Part shown: positions 49,800-60,873 of the stretch, in pieces | Layout: the number at the start of each line of letters is the position of its first letter | Numbering within the stretch: position 1 is the stretch's first letter | Assembly: GCF_036321535.1 (NCBI RefSeq) | Contig: NC_087437.1 | Location: 61,196,001 to 61,260,000 of the forward strand | DNA: 64,000 nt | Direction of reading: 5' to 3' | Source: Camelus dromedarius | Taxonomy: Eukaryota | Program-made: the position numbers and the translations under genes | The notes under the pieces: model-generated | What the model was told of the DNA's origin: nothing | Seen by the model: only the letters and a program-made list of their open reading frames with translations | Database searches by the model: none

Positions 49800-50873
49800 C
49801 AGTGTGGTCTTGATAACTAGAATTAGGATGCGAAACCCATGCATGGCGTCAGTTAGAAATCCAGAACATATCTCATCTGACAATAGATTATCACAATGAG
49901 CTTGGTCAACAGACCCAAGACCTGCTTCCTCTAAAAATAGATAAAACTAAAGCTGGCATTGTAGACCAGAGGACTGGGAGCCATTTCCTCTGAGAAGAGA
50001 GCTTCCCTCAGCTGCTCCTCCACTTGCCAGCACCCACTCTACACCCCAATAACGTACTGAGAAAGTTTTGCCCAGCTAAATTATTATTATTATGGCTATG
50101 GCCAAAAGAAGTGGTAAAATACACATTTAAAGACATGTTCACACTTCATGTGTGCACAGTTATAAACTGTGTCAAGGACCTCTGAGGACTCTTTAGAAAT
50201 CTAAAATACACATCTCTGGGTCCCATAAGATTTACTACTACCTACAGTCCTTCAACTGAACCACTACAGATGCATTATTTTTAGTATCTGTAGCTGAATC
50301 AGTGACCTGCAAAGTGCCCTGGAGAATAGAAATTAGTTTCTATTGTATTTTCAGGGTTAAGCTTCATCTTGCCTGCTGGAATTTGACACCTCTGTGTATG
50401 TTCCCTCTCTGCTGAATTCCTGGCAGTTAGAGCTCCATTAAGGAACTTATTATTAAAATTTAAAATCTTGATTAGCCTTCAAGATTTTTGCACAGTTGCT
50501 TACCCAGAACAAACAGTAGGTTTTTCCTTTTGGCTTAACTTGAGATGGAGGTGGAGGTGTGGGAAGCAAAAAAGTCAGTTGTTACTAAAGAACCTTTCAG
50601 GGTGAAGCAACTTCAATGCCAAATACTTCTGAGAAGTATGATTTGAATTGTTCCTCTTAAGTGGTTTGTGGGATCATTAATTTTTTTTTCATTTATGTAG
50701 GAAGACCTAGGACATCTGCATTTTCTCCCAGTCTCTAATTTTGATCAACTTCTACAGGTTGCCAGGTCTAGAGGCATCCCTGATGAGGGGAACCAGGAGT
50801 GTACATGCCCATCGTGGAGACAAACCCATTAGACTGTCAGAGATGGGGCCATTTAGTAATCAAACCTTACAAC

Positions 50874-51140
50874 TGTCGCAGGGAGGGTGTCTGGCAAACA
50901 GACTGAGAAGGAGCTTTGTGCATAGGAAGTTTATTAAAGATGTCCTCAGGATTAAGATCTGCAGAGGAGGGAGGGCAGCAGAATTGAGAGAGGTTGGCTT
51001 GGGTTACAGGTAGAACCAAGGCCTCGGCTGAACCTACATCAGGAAGCCCTGGAGCTGGGGTAACCCTTTCCATGGGGATGGTATGATCTTGGGGAGGCAG
51101 GTCTCTTCAGCCTCGGGTAGTCTTCAGAGAGAGACTTAAC
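50874..51140 (-). mobile_element. ERVL LTR relic (LTR33-like)
   Basis: AAACAGACTGAGA.GGAG.TTTGTGCATAGGAAGTTTATT...GCAGAATTG...AAGGCCTCGGCTGA...CTGGAGCTGGG pattern. Minus-strand AATAAA at about 50930. Confidence 0.65.
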
Positions 51141-51354
51141 TTGTCCTAAATCCATTCTACCAACCACCCTTCTGATTACCCTGCGATTTCTTCTGCGTTT
51201 GTCTAACAGGGAAAGAATGCCCCACGCAGGTGCATGGAAAAAGCCTGGACTACCTAACAGTTTCCTCTTTATACTTGTTTTTACCTCTATGCTATTCCAA
51301 AAAAAGGACTTGAGGTGGCAATGGCAAATAAATACAAATTTAAAATTGAAATAC

Positions 51355-51590
51355 AACTTTTAAAATGCTCATTTATTGAGCATTATTATAGGATGTATAC
51401 TGGGCTAATTATTTTACATAGATTATTTTATTAATTCTAAGAACAACCCTGTAGGGTCAGTACTATTATCTTATAGATAAGGATACAGACTCAAAGAGGT
51501 TAAGTATCCTGCCTAAGGTCACACAGTTGGTAAATGGCATTGTAGATGGTTGGACTGACTCCAAGTCTGTTGTTTTAACCATGGAGTCCT
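51355..51590 (-). mobile_element. MIR SINE
   Basis: ATTTATTGAGCA...ACAACCCTGTAGGG...AGAGGTTAAGTA.CCTGCCTAAGGTCACACAG.TGGTAAATGGCA. Confidence 0.8.
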
Positions 51591-52999
51591 ACTGAGAATG
51601 ACAGGATAAGATGAAACCAGGTGGGTAGGGCCTGTATCTAAAAAATACATATCCTGGAGTCCTGCACGGTTGCTAGAATAGGGCTCCAGAAGTGATTCTG
51701 ACTTCTTCGGGCTACAGCCGAGAAAGAAACACAATCAGGAACAAGATTCACAGCCGCTCTCCTGCAGTTGATCAGAAGAAGCTCAGCCTTTTTTGATAAC
51801 GAAACCCCAGAAAAACTCATAGAACTTCACAAGAGACACACGTGGCACGATGTGATGATGGCCACCTTCTTTAATGGCTCCAGAAGCTCAACAGTGAGTT
51901 TCATGTGATTTATTCATTGTAAAGTCCCTCAAAAAAAGCAGATAGCATGATGCCAAAGAAGAATTAAGGGAAGGCTTGAGATGCCAACAGTGTGGTCCCA
52001 AGCCAGAGCTCTGTGTTCTTTTTCTCATTATTGTTAAGTTGGTGTTCACAGTGCTGATGAGGGTTCTTGAGAGGGGTGACTGCTCTCTCCAAGGCGGCTC
52101 TGTGTCTCAGGCTCAGACCCGTTGCTACAGAGAAGCTGTCAGTGCACACACACTGGGAGCACAGGGTGATTCAGTGGCTGGGAAACCTGGGTTCACTTGT
52201 CCTGCCCAAGCCCAGGCTGCCCCAGACTGTAGCCCCCTCTGCTCCCTCACTTGGGACGGCCCCTTCACCTCACAGACTGTGCCACCAGCCACCACACCTC
52301 TGCGCTGCACGGCTTAGGGAGCACCATTCACAAATGCGGATGTTGTGTAATGCGGTGACCCTGTTAACGATGGCCTTATTTCACCTCACTCTCTCCTGGG
52401 AGAAGGGGCTTACCACTGAGGAGGGAAGAACAGGCTCCACCTCATCCCCAAGGGTCCACAGTGGTTGGGCCCTGGGGGGACCAGGAAACTCTAAGGGGAC
52501 AGTGGCCTGGATGGCTGCCCGGCAGAGTTGCTCAGGACCTGCCTACCTACTCTTCTGCCATCACTCTGAACCTTGGGTGCTAACCAACACCAGCCAGCCC
52601 TTAGGCTGCAGATTTCATGATAGCACAGGCCAACATGGGCTCTGGAGTCATTTGACCCAGATTTAAATTCTAACTCTATCTCTCACTACTTGGGCAAACT
52701 TCTCTAAATTTTCTCAGCTGGAAAATGGGCATGATGATTACATTAGAACACACCTCACTGAGTTGTTATGAGAATTGATTGACATGTATAGGTACATCGT
52801 ATGTGCTCAGTACGAGTTGGCTGCCTACGTGAATCCATTATCTGCATCATGTTCAGCATAAGAGAAAGAGGTGCTTCCTGACATATAATAGAAGTAGATA
52901 TAAAATAGAAGTGAGAAATCTAGCTTTGGTTTATAAACAAATAATCATTTTCTCTTTTTTGATTTTAAGGAATAGTTGTGCAAGGAGAACTCCCTTGAG

Positions 53000-53250
53000 G
53001 ATCAAAGGATATAAAATACCAATTATGCAAAGAATAAGTTCTAGAGGCCTAATGTACAACAGTATGGCTATAGTTAATAATCTTGTGTACTTGAGATTTG
53101 CTAAGATGGCAGGTTTTTTAAGCAACTTTCAAATATGCAATACAGTATTATTAACTATAGTCACTATGCTGTAGATTACATCCCCATGACTTACTTATGA
53201 CTTATTTATTTTAAAAGTGAAACTTTATAGCTTTTTGACCTCCTTCACCC
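53000..53250. mobile_element. Two L1MA-type 3'UTR fragments in opposite orientation
   Basis: A + copy at about 53000-53108 and a - copy at about 53112-53250 share CTATAGTTAATAAT as an inverted pair. Confidence 0.7.
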
Positions 53251-53942
53251 TTGTATTTTTTTTTTACATAAACTTTTTACTATAAATTACTTGTTGACTT
53301 ACAGAAAAGTTACAGGGGTAATACAGAGAGTTCTCATACACCCCACGCCCACTATCTCCTACTGTTGTATTACTAAGGTACATTTATCACAACCAGTGAA
53401 CCCAAATTGATGCATAGTCTTAACTAAAGTCTATTGTTAATTTGGATTTCTTTGTTTGTACTTAATGTTCCATTTCTGTTCTGGGATTTCATCCAGGATA
53501 CCACATTACATGTAGTCTTGTCTCCTTAGGTGCCTCTAGACTGTAAATGTTTCTCAGACTTGTTTTTGGTGAACTTGACAGTTTTAAGGAGCGTTGGTCA
53601 AATATTTTGTACAATGTGCTCCGATCATGGTTTGTCTATTGTTCTCCTCTGATTACACTGGGGTTAAGTGTTTCTGGGAGAAAAACCACAGAAGTAAAGT
53701 GCCATTTTCATCACATTATAGCAAAGGTACTATCAATGTTACTTATCTTTGTTGATGTTGACTTTGATTATCTAGTTGAGGTACTATTTGTAAGGTTTTC
53801 TTTTTTCTCCCCTTTTCATACTGTACTCTTTGGAGAGAAGTCACTATGCACTATGTGAGGTCCACACTTTAGGGGCAGGGAGTTATGCTGCACCTCCTTA
53901 ATGGAACAGTATCTACATGTATTATTTGTATAAGAATTCTTT

Positions 53943-54143
53943 TCTTTATTTAAGTATAGTCGGTTTACAATTTTGTGCTGGTTTCTGGTATACAGCATAG
54001 CAGTTCAATTATACATATATATATGTTCTTTTCCATATTATTTATTATTATAATGTATTGAATATAGGTTCTTTGTGCTATATGGTAGGACCTTGTTGTT
54101 TATCTATTTTCTATATAGTAGTTAGTATCTGCAAATTCCAAAC
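53943..54143 (-). mobile_element. Short young L1 3' fragment with TSD
   Basis: TSD TTGTATA(A/G)GAATTCTTT at 53926 and 54144. Confidence 0.85.
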
Positions 54144-54365
54144 TTGTATAGGAATTCTTTTGCACAGATTTGTCTATCTTTCCCACTTATTTATGTAGTC
54201 AATCATTTATTTATATTTGCAGGATCTTATCAATATTTATTTTATATTTTGGCTAATAACCCAGTATTATGCTATTTTGTTCCAAGCTTTGGCCACTGGG
54301 AACTCCTTTAGTTGTCTCTTGTGCCAAAGACACATCTCCATCATTTTGTCCTTTGAGCACTCCTT

Positions 54366-54501
54366 TATTTTGGGGGTTTTTTTTTGGGGGGGTAGGGTAA
54401 TTAGGCTTATTCATTTATTTTAATAGAAGAGCTAGGGATTGAACCCAGGAGCTCATGCATGCTAAGCATGCAGTCTACCACTGAGCTGTGTCCTCCTCCC
54501 C
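54366..54501 (-). mobile_element. tRNA-Ala-derived SINE (vic-1-like), full length
   Basis: GTAATTAGGCTTATT...GGGATTGAACCCAGGAGCTCATGCATGCTAAGCATG...CTACCACTGAGCTG. Confidence 0.88.
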
Positions 54502-54509
54502 AAAACTGC

Positions 54510-54604
54510 TTTTTTTGGGGGGGGGAGGTAATTAGGTTTGTTTGTTTATTTATTTATTCATTCATTCATTATTAGAGCAAATACTGGGAATTGAACCCAG
54601 GACC
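54510..54604 (-). mobile_element. tRNA-Ala-derived SINE, 5'-truncated
   Basis: GGAGGTAATTAGGTTTG...ACTGGGAATTGAACCCAGGACC, lacking the A-box half. Confidence 0.85.
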
Positions 54605-57600
54605 TTGAACACTCCCTTACTCTTGGATCCAGAAGATACTCCAGATTCTTCTTGTGTATTCCCTCCCCCAGTCATTTCCCCAAAAAGTCTGCTTTATTTT
54701 TATTGGAGAATGGTATTAGAAACCAAGATCTGGGCACTGGTTGTACGTATTTTACTTGGATGTTGTTGCTTCTAGCCTTCTCTGTGGGCAGAGCTAGGAA
54801 ATATACATGTGTATCCTGATAGTTTCTTAGTGGACTTATTAAGATTTTCTATAGACAAAATCATATTATCTGCAAATGGAAGTAGTCTCACTTCTTCCTT
54901 TACATCTGGATACCTTTTTCCCTTTGAGTTATTGCTTTGGTTAGAACTTCTAGCACAATATTGAATAGAAGTGGCGAGAGAGGAACATCTTTGTCATTTT
55001 CCTGATCTGGGGAAAACCATTCAGTTTCACCACCAAGTATGACATTAGCTGTGGTATTTTTGCAAATGCTCTTTATCAGGTTAAGGTAGTTCCTTTTTAT
55101 TTGTTGAGTGTTTTTATATGAAAGGGTGTTGGATTTTGTCAAGCTTTTTCTGTATCTGTTGAAATGAGCATATGGTTTTGATTCTTTATTCTATTGATAT
55201 TGATATTGATATTCTATATGATATTCTATTGATTTTCAGATGTTAAACCAATCTTGCATTCCTGGGATAAATCCTGCTTAGTCATGGTGTATAATCCCTT
55301 TTATATGCTATTGATTTCAGTTTGCTACTATTTTGTTGAAGATTTTTCCATCTATATTCATAAGAGATATTGCTCTGTTTTTCTTGTAAAGTCTTTGATT
55401 TTGGAATCAGGATAATACTATCCTCATAGAATGAGTTGGAAAGTGTTTCCTCCACTTTAATTTTTTTTGAAAGAGTTTGTGAAGGGTTGTTATTCATTCC
55501 TCTTTAATTATTTGTTAGAATTCACCTGTAAAACCATCTGGGTTTGGGCTTTAAATTGTGGGAAGTTTTAAAATTACTAATTCAATCTCTTTCCTTGCTA
55601 TATAGGTCAATCTAGATTTTCTGTTTCTTCTTGAGGCAGTTTTAATAGTTTGTGTTTCTAGGAATTTATAAATTTCACCTCAAGTTATCTAATTTGTTGG
55701 CATACAGTTGTTCACAGTATTACTTCATAATTTTTTTTTTTTTTACTTCTGTAGGTTTGGTAATGATGTCCTTTCTTTCATATCTATTTTCATATTTTGA
55801 GTGATTTTTTTTTCTCTTTTAAATTTGGTCAGTTTAGTTAAAGTTGTGTCAATTTTGCTGATCTTTTCAAAAGGACCAACTTTGGTTTTGTGGACTTTCT
55901 CTATTTTTTCATATGCAAATACTAATCTGTATATACACACATCCATAATTGTTATTACATATATCCATCTGTATCTATATTAAACTAAACACAGATTCAT
56001 ACTGATATCTGCAACTACCTAGTATCGCATGATTCACTCTAGAATTCCCTCTTGTTTATCTTGCTTCACACTCCAAGAGTGAGAAACCTGCCTCCCACTA
56101 TCTGCCATCCATTTACTTATTTGTTCAATCCCAGCTTACATGCATAGTGGTTTCAGAATTGTTAATCCATACCCCCATGTGGAGCAGTCAATTAGAGCAT
56201 AGTGCTCATGTACAGTTCCTTTGGTCTTTACTCTTACAATCTCCACTTATTTCCAAAGTCACTTAGATCAGCACTTATTTACATCAGTGAGGTTATATCA
56301 TACATTTTAGTAACAGTTAGATTCTTTTATCACAGTCTGTATTCTACTCTGGGATCCCCCTGACCTACGAATTTATTTTTTTAATTAGCATATATTAAAG
56401 TTGAGTCTTTGTGCTGTAAAGTTCTATGGGTTTTAGCAAATGCATAGTCCCAGGTATCATACAGAATAGTTTTACTGCCCTAAAATATTGTGCATTTATT
56501 CAGCCCTTCCCACTCCCCAAGCTCCTGGCAACTATTGACATATTTTCAGTCTCTATATTTTTACCTTTTCCAGAAAGTTGTATAAATGGAATCATATCAT
56601 ATGTAGCCTTTTAAGATCAACTTCTTTCACTTAGCAATATTTTCCATTTTGTTGCATGAATTGACAGCCTGTAACTTTTTATTGCTGAATAGTACTTCAT
56701 TGTATGGCTGTACCACCTATTGAAGTCTATATTGGTTGCTCCCAGTTTTTGGAGATTATAAATAATGCTGCTTGAAACAGTCAGGTGAGGATTTTTGCGT
56801 GGACCTGTTTTCAAATCAGTTGAGTAAATGCCTAGGAGTATGATTGCTGGATTGTTCTGTAAAATTGTGTTTAACTTTATAAGAAACTGCCAGCCTCTCT
56901 TCTGGAGTGGCCTTACCATTTTGCACCCCCACCAGCAATGAATGAGAGTTCTTACACACTACGATAGAGGACTTTTCAGCTAAAATGACCCAAGATCTAA
57001 ATTTATGGCCCTCTGCTAATCTTACTCTTAACTGCTCTGATGGATCTAAGGCCATGAGAAACCGCAGGAAAGTAAGGGTGTGCCTAGGAGGGAGATATGG
57101 ACCCTTTGATTAATTTTATGTTTCCTTGTCAATGGCTCACCTTATAAACATCAGATGTCCAAGGACATCTCATTCTGCCAATACTAAAGGACTATTGTCA
57201 GAGACAGAAAGTGTTCTTTCCTCACGAAACTAATAATCTCAACCTCTCATATGAGGTTTCTCTCAGGCCATGTATATTTTGCACCTCTTGCCAATAAACC
57301 AGATGGTATCTTGCCATAGGGTACTACAGGTATATTTCTCAGAAAATGCTTTAGCTATCCCTTTTGGTTTTGTCTTTTATGTAGGAAAAGTATTAATTTG
57401 GATTGAAGTATCACAGGATAAGATGGTCCCTTTCTTATTAATTTTGAATTCCAATTAAAGATGAATCTTAAGATACAGCTATGCTGGGGCAAATAAATAT
57501 GGCATTGGGAGTGCTGGTTGTAACAAGATCCAGAGGGACTGACAGGTATTAGGACGAGTGTGGGGAAATGGAGTCAGGAAGCCACAATCAGTGATGGGCA

Positions 57601-57605
57601 GAGAC

Positions 57606-57631
<26 letters not shown>
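57606..57631 (+). repeat. Poly(A) tract
   Basis: About 26 consecutive A residues. Confidence 0.9.
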
Positions 57632-57636
<5 letters not shown>

Positions 57637-60155
57637 TATTTGCAGAAGAGGAAAGGGGTCCGTGGCAGAAGTGGGTGATCACCATGGCAGAGAACCCCAG
57701 GGGCCTCAGTGGAGAAGATAGAGAGAAAGATGCAAGAAATCAGCCTAGAAAGTCAGGATAGGAGGGCAAATGCAGTCAGACCCCAATGGGAGCAGAGACT
57801 GAGAGACTTGGGGAGAAGAAACTGGGAACGCAGTTAGTTTAGGAGTCATTCTGACCTGAGGTTTTGATAGTAGCATCTAAAATAGCTAACATGTTTTGAG
57901 CTCTTCTAAGGTGCCCACACCACGCTCAGAACATTACATGCATTATCTCACTTAAACCTATGAGGTAAGCATCATTATTTCCATTTTACAGACATGAGAT
58001 CATAGAGATTTAGAGAGCTTAAGCTACTTAGAGATAAGTATGTCTAAGATACTTAGAGAGCTTGAGATTCCAACCAAGGCTTGTTTGACTCAAAACTGCC
58101 TTTTTTTTGCATTTGACCTCCTTTGAACACCTTCCATACTCCAGCAATGGGGTATCAAATGCTCACAGCCTGATGAGGTGGTACCTTCAGGGCTCCCCAG
58201 ATCTGTTCCTTCCAGGAGCCTCCCAGAGATCCCTGGTCACACCCTCCCCTCCTCTGCACTCCCAGATGCCCTTGTCTCAAGACTCCTCAGCAAGCACTTC
58301 TTGCCTTGAGTTTCAGCTTTTGCATACATTATGCAACTTTTGAACTTTCAACAACTCACTTTTTCATTTTTTTCCTACTTTTTTTTTCTTTAAATTGAGT
58401 TATCTTTTAGAACAGTTTTAGGCTGACAGAAACATTGTGAAGGCAGTCCAGCGTTCCTGTATATCCCCCACCCTTAGCTTTCCTTATTATTTGCTGTTAG
58501 TGTGGTGTGTTTCCCTTTCAACCATTTTCTATGCACTTATGTAAACACTGATGCACTTTTACAAATGCCATTTGGTTAGTGTGTCTCTGCCTCCTCTTGG
58601 AGCTAAGCCCAGTGCTCTGCAGTGAGAAACCATTACCCCACTTAGTGATTATCTCTTAACTCTGGGCAGCCAGTTTGGGGAAGTAATCCAATAAATGAGC
58701 GGTTTCATTGGTATTTCATTTGCATTGGTGGTTTCATTTGGCATCAAACTGATGCCAAAGGAACTCCATTCAATAAACATGTGTTGAGCACCTACAGATG
58801 GCTGTGGGGAGAGTCCCCAGGACTGTCAGCACTGGACCTTGAGTCTATAAAGCACTGTGTCATGGAACAGGGAAGACTGGAGGCAGGAGAACCAGGTTTG
58901 GGGAGGGGGGTGTTGGGTTCTCATTGGGACAGGTTGAATTTGAGCAGGTCATCCAGGTGGAGGTGTCCAGCAGGCACCAGAGGACAAAGACCTGGCACTT
59001 GGAGAGAGAGGAGGCACAAAGTGGTATTTGTATAGTGAGCAGGAGGAATCCCATGGAGAGGTCCAGATGGGAACACGTGGGTACTTGACCTTCTGCTCAT
59101 CACACACCTTCTTTCTGACGACTCACACTGATAATTAGGTACATCTGTTGCCTAGCTTGTTTTTACAAAAATTCTTGGAAGTGGATAGTAATGAAGCACT
59201 TCTTGGGCCCTCTGTGCTGGTCATTTGTCTGTTTTAAGTGATATCTAAATATGAAACAAGGACACTTCTCTTAATGTTTCAAAGGCGTTTGATACTATAG
59301 AAGTGGAATGATAGGCTTCTGGAAGATGGGTAAGTCACTAGAGAGAACCCAAGGGAAGAATTCAGAGGCAGCTCTTTATCATCAGGGCTCAGCACAGTGC
59401 CTGACATACAGTAGATCCCTGGAAAATGTTAATCAAATCCACTGTGAATAATGTGAGAAGAATGGAAAAAAGTTTCTCTGTTCTCTGAACATGTGGAAAA
59501 TCAGAGGTACCCCTTAAACAGGGAGAAGGGACTTGACTGATGGCCCCAAATCAGGCTCAGGCTTAGGAACAGGATGAGGTAATGCAATGCCTCTGGCAGA
59601 GGGAGCTGATGCCATGCAGACGAGCACAGGACAGGTGCCCCCTGCCACTCAGGCAGGATGCTGGTTTAGGGCCATTCCTGACCCAGCCTAGTGGCTGCTA
59701 AGTGGCCAGAGAGAAATGAGTCAGGGTAGGGGCTGGCCTGCCTGGCAGATATGCAGACGTCCACAGAGATATCCAAACAGGCTGCAGTGGTGTCTGCAGT
59801 TGCTGTGCAGAGGGGCAGGGCCTCAGGGGAGGAATCAGAGGCTCCCTTGAGGTTCATCCTCTGGGAGTGGGGGCTGGGTGGCTAGGGATATTTCAGGTCA
59901 GGGCAACCTGGTGAGGGAAAAAAGGGTAACCTTGAGAGCACATTCCCCAGCAGGAGCTGACGGTGCCAACTACACTGTGCCAGCACCAACCCTCCCAGCT
60001 CTGAGTATGAGTGTCCTTGCCCAGAAGCCACTCCCCTCTGCCAACTCTGAGAGAGGCGAAGGAAAGGAAACAGGTCAAGGCTGGTGTCCCACTCAAGCTG
60101 ACTTTTAACTGGGCTCTAAAACCAAATTCCGTCAATACATACTCTGTGATCTGTT

Positions 60156-60259
60156 TGTTTCATAAGCTATGAATGTGTGAGTGGGTTGGGGGAAGAGCCA
60201 GAATAGTGTTTCATAACCTATGAATGTGTGAGTGGGTTGGGGGAAGAGCCAGAATAGTG
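60156..60259. repeat. 51-bp tandem duplication
   Basis: TGTTTCATAA(G/C)CTATGAATGTGTGAGTGGGTTGGGGGAAGAGCCAGAATAG occurs twice (starts 60156 and 60207) with one mismatch. Confidence 0.95.
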
Positions 60260-60711
60260 ATTTAGTATTTGTTTCCCTTTAGTTTCTCAGTAAGCATTTT
60301 TGTTGTTTGTTTGGGGTGGAGATGGAGGGGATTTGGTGGTAGTGTTTGTTTTTGAAAAATCCAATCCTTGCTCCAGCCCTGGCCCTGTCCCAGGAGAGGT
60401 TCTAGAGTAGAATCTGCTAGGACTGTCTATTCAGCTAGTCTTCCCAGACCAGGGCCCCTAGCATGAGTGGGTTGTTTGGAAATTGTAGAGTCCCAGCAAA
60501 GGAGCTGAGTGGTCTCAAGGGTTGTTTTACTCAAGCTGCTCCCCAGTGAATGCCCTTGTCCACTGAAAAGCTTTGGAGAATAATAGGCTACTACAGCCAC
60601 ACAAAAATAGCTGCCAAGCAGAAACCACTCTCATGCCAGCTGGCCACACAGTGTGTCCTCTCTGTGGGAGTACTGGAGAAACTGCTAATAAAAACTTCTT
60701 CTTCCTCTAAA

Positions 60712-60873
60712 ACCTACTCAGGTGCGTTCTGAGGACCAGCTGCCTGGGCACCGCGAGGGATCTTGTTAGAGACGCAGAGTCAGGGGCCCCCACATGGACC
60801 TTCTGTGTCACAATCTGCATTTTAACAGACCCCCTCAGGACGTCCATGCACATTATAGTTTAAGAAGCCCTGG
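60712..60873. mobile_element. MER5A-like hAT-Charlie MITE
   Basis: GGACCAGC..GATCTTGTTAGA.ACGCAGA...AATCTGCATTTTAACA...TGCACATTATAGTTTAAGAAGCCCTG. Confidence 0.75.

Larger units (their letters stand above)
53265..56960 (-). mobile_element. Nested L1 cluster: L1MC/MD-type 3' region with an internal L1 ORF2 fragment and younger insertions
   Basis: L1MC-type 3' end from 53265 (GACTTACAGAAAAGTT..ACAGAGAGTTC). ORF2 RT-region antisense at about 54820-55910 (ORF 54900-55142 PLSPLLFNIVLEVL; ORF 55282-55497 NSFYEDSIILIPK). Host sequence resumes at about 55910-56960. Confidence 0.8.

Noticed and set aside
52067..52666. 199-aa ORF
   Set aside because: No recognisable motif, a non-ATG start, and its 3' end runs into a MIR.
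57558..57761. Poly-lysine ORF or processed pseudogene tail
   Set aside because: The lysine run comes from a genomic poly(A) tract. I see no upstream polyA signal, gene body or TSD.
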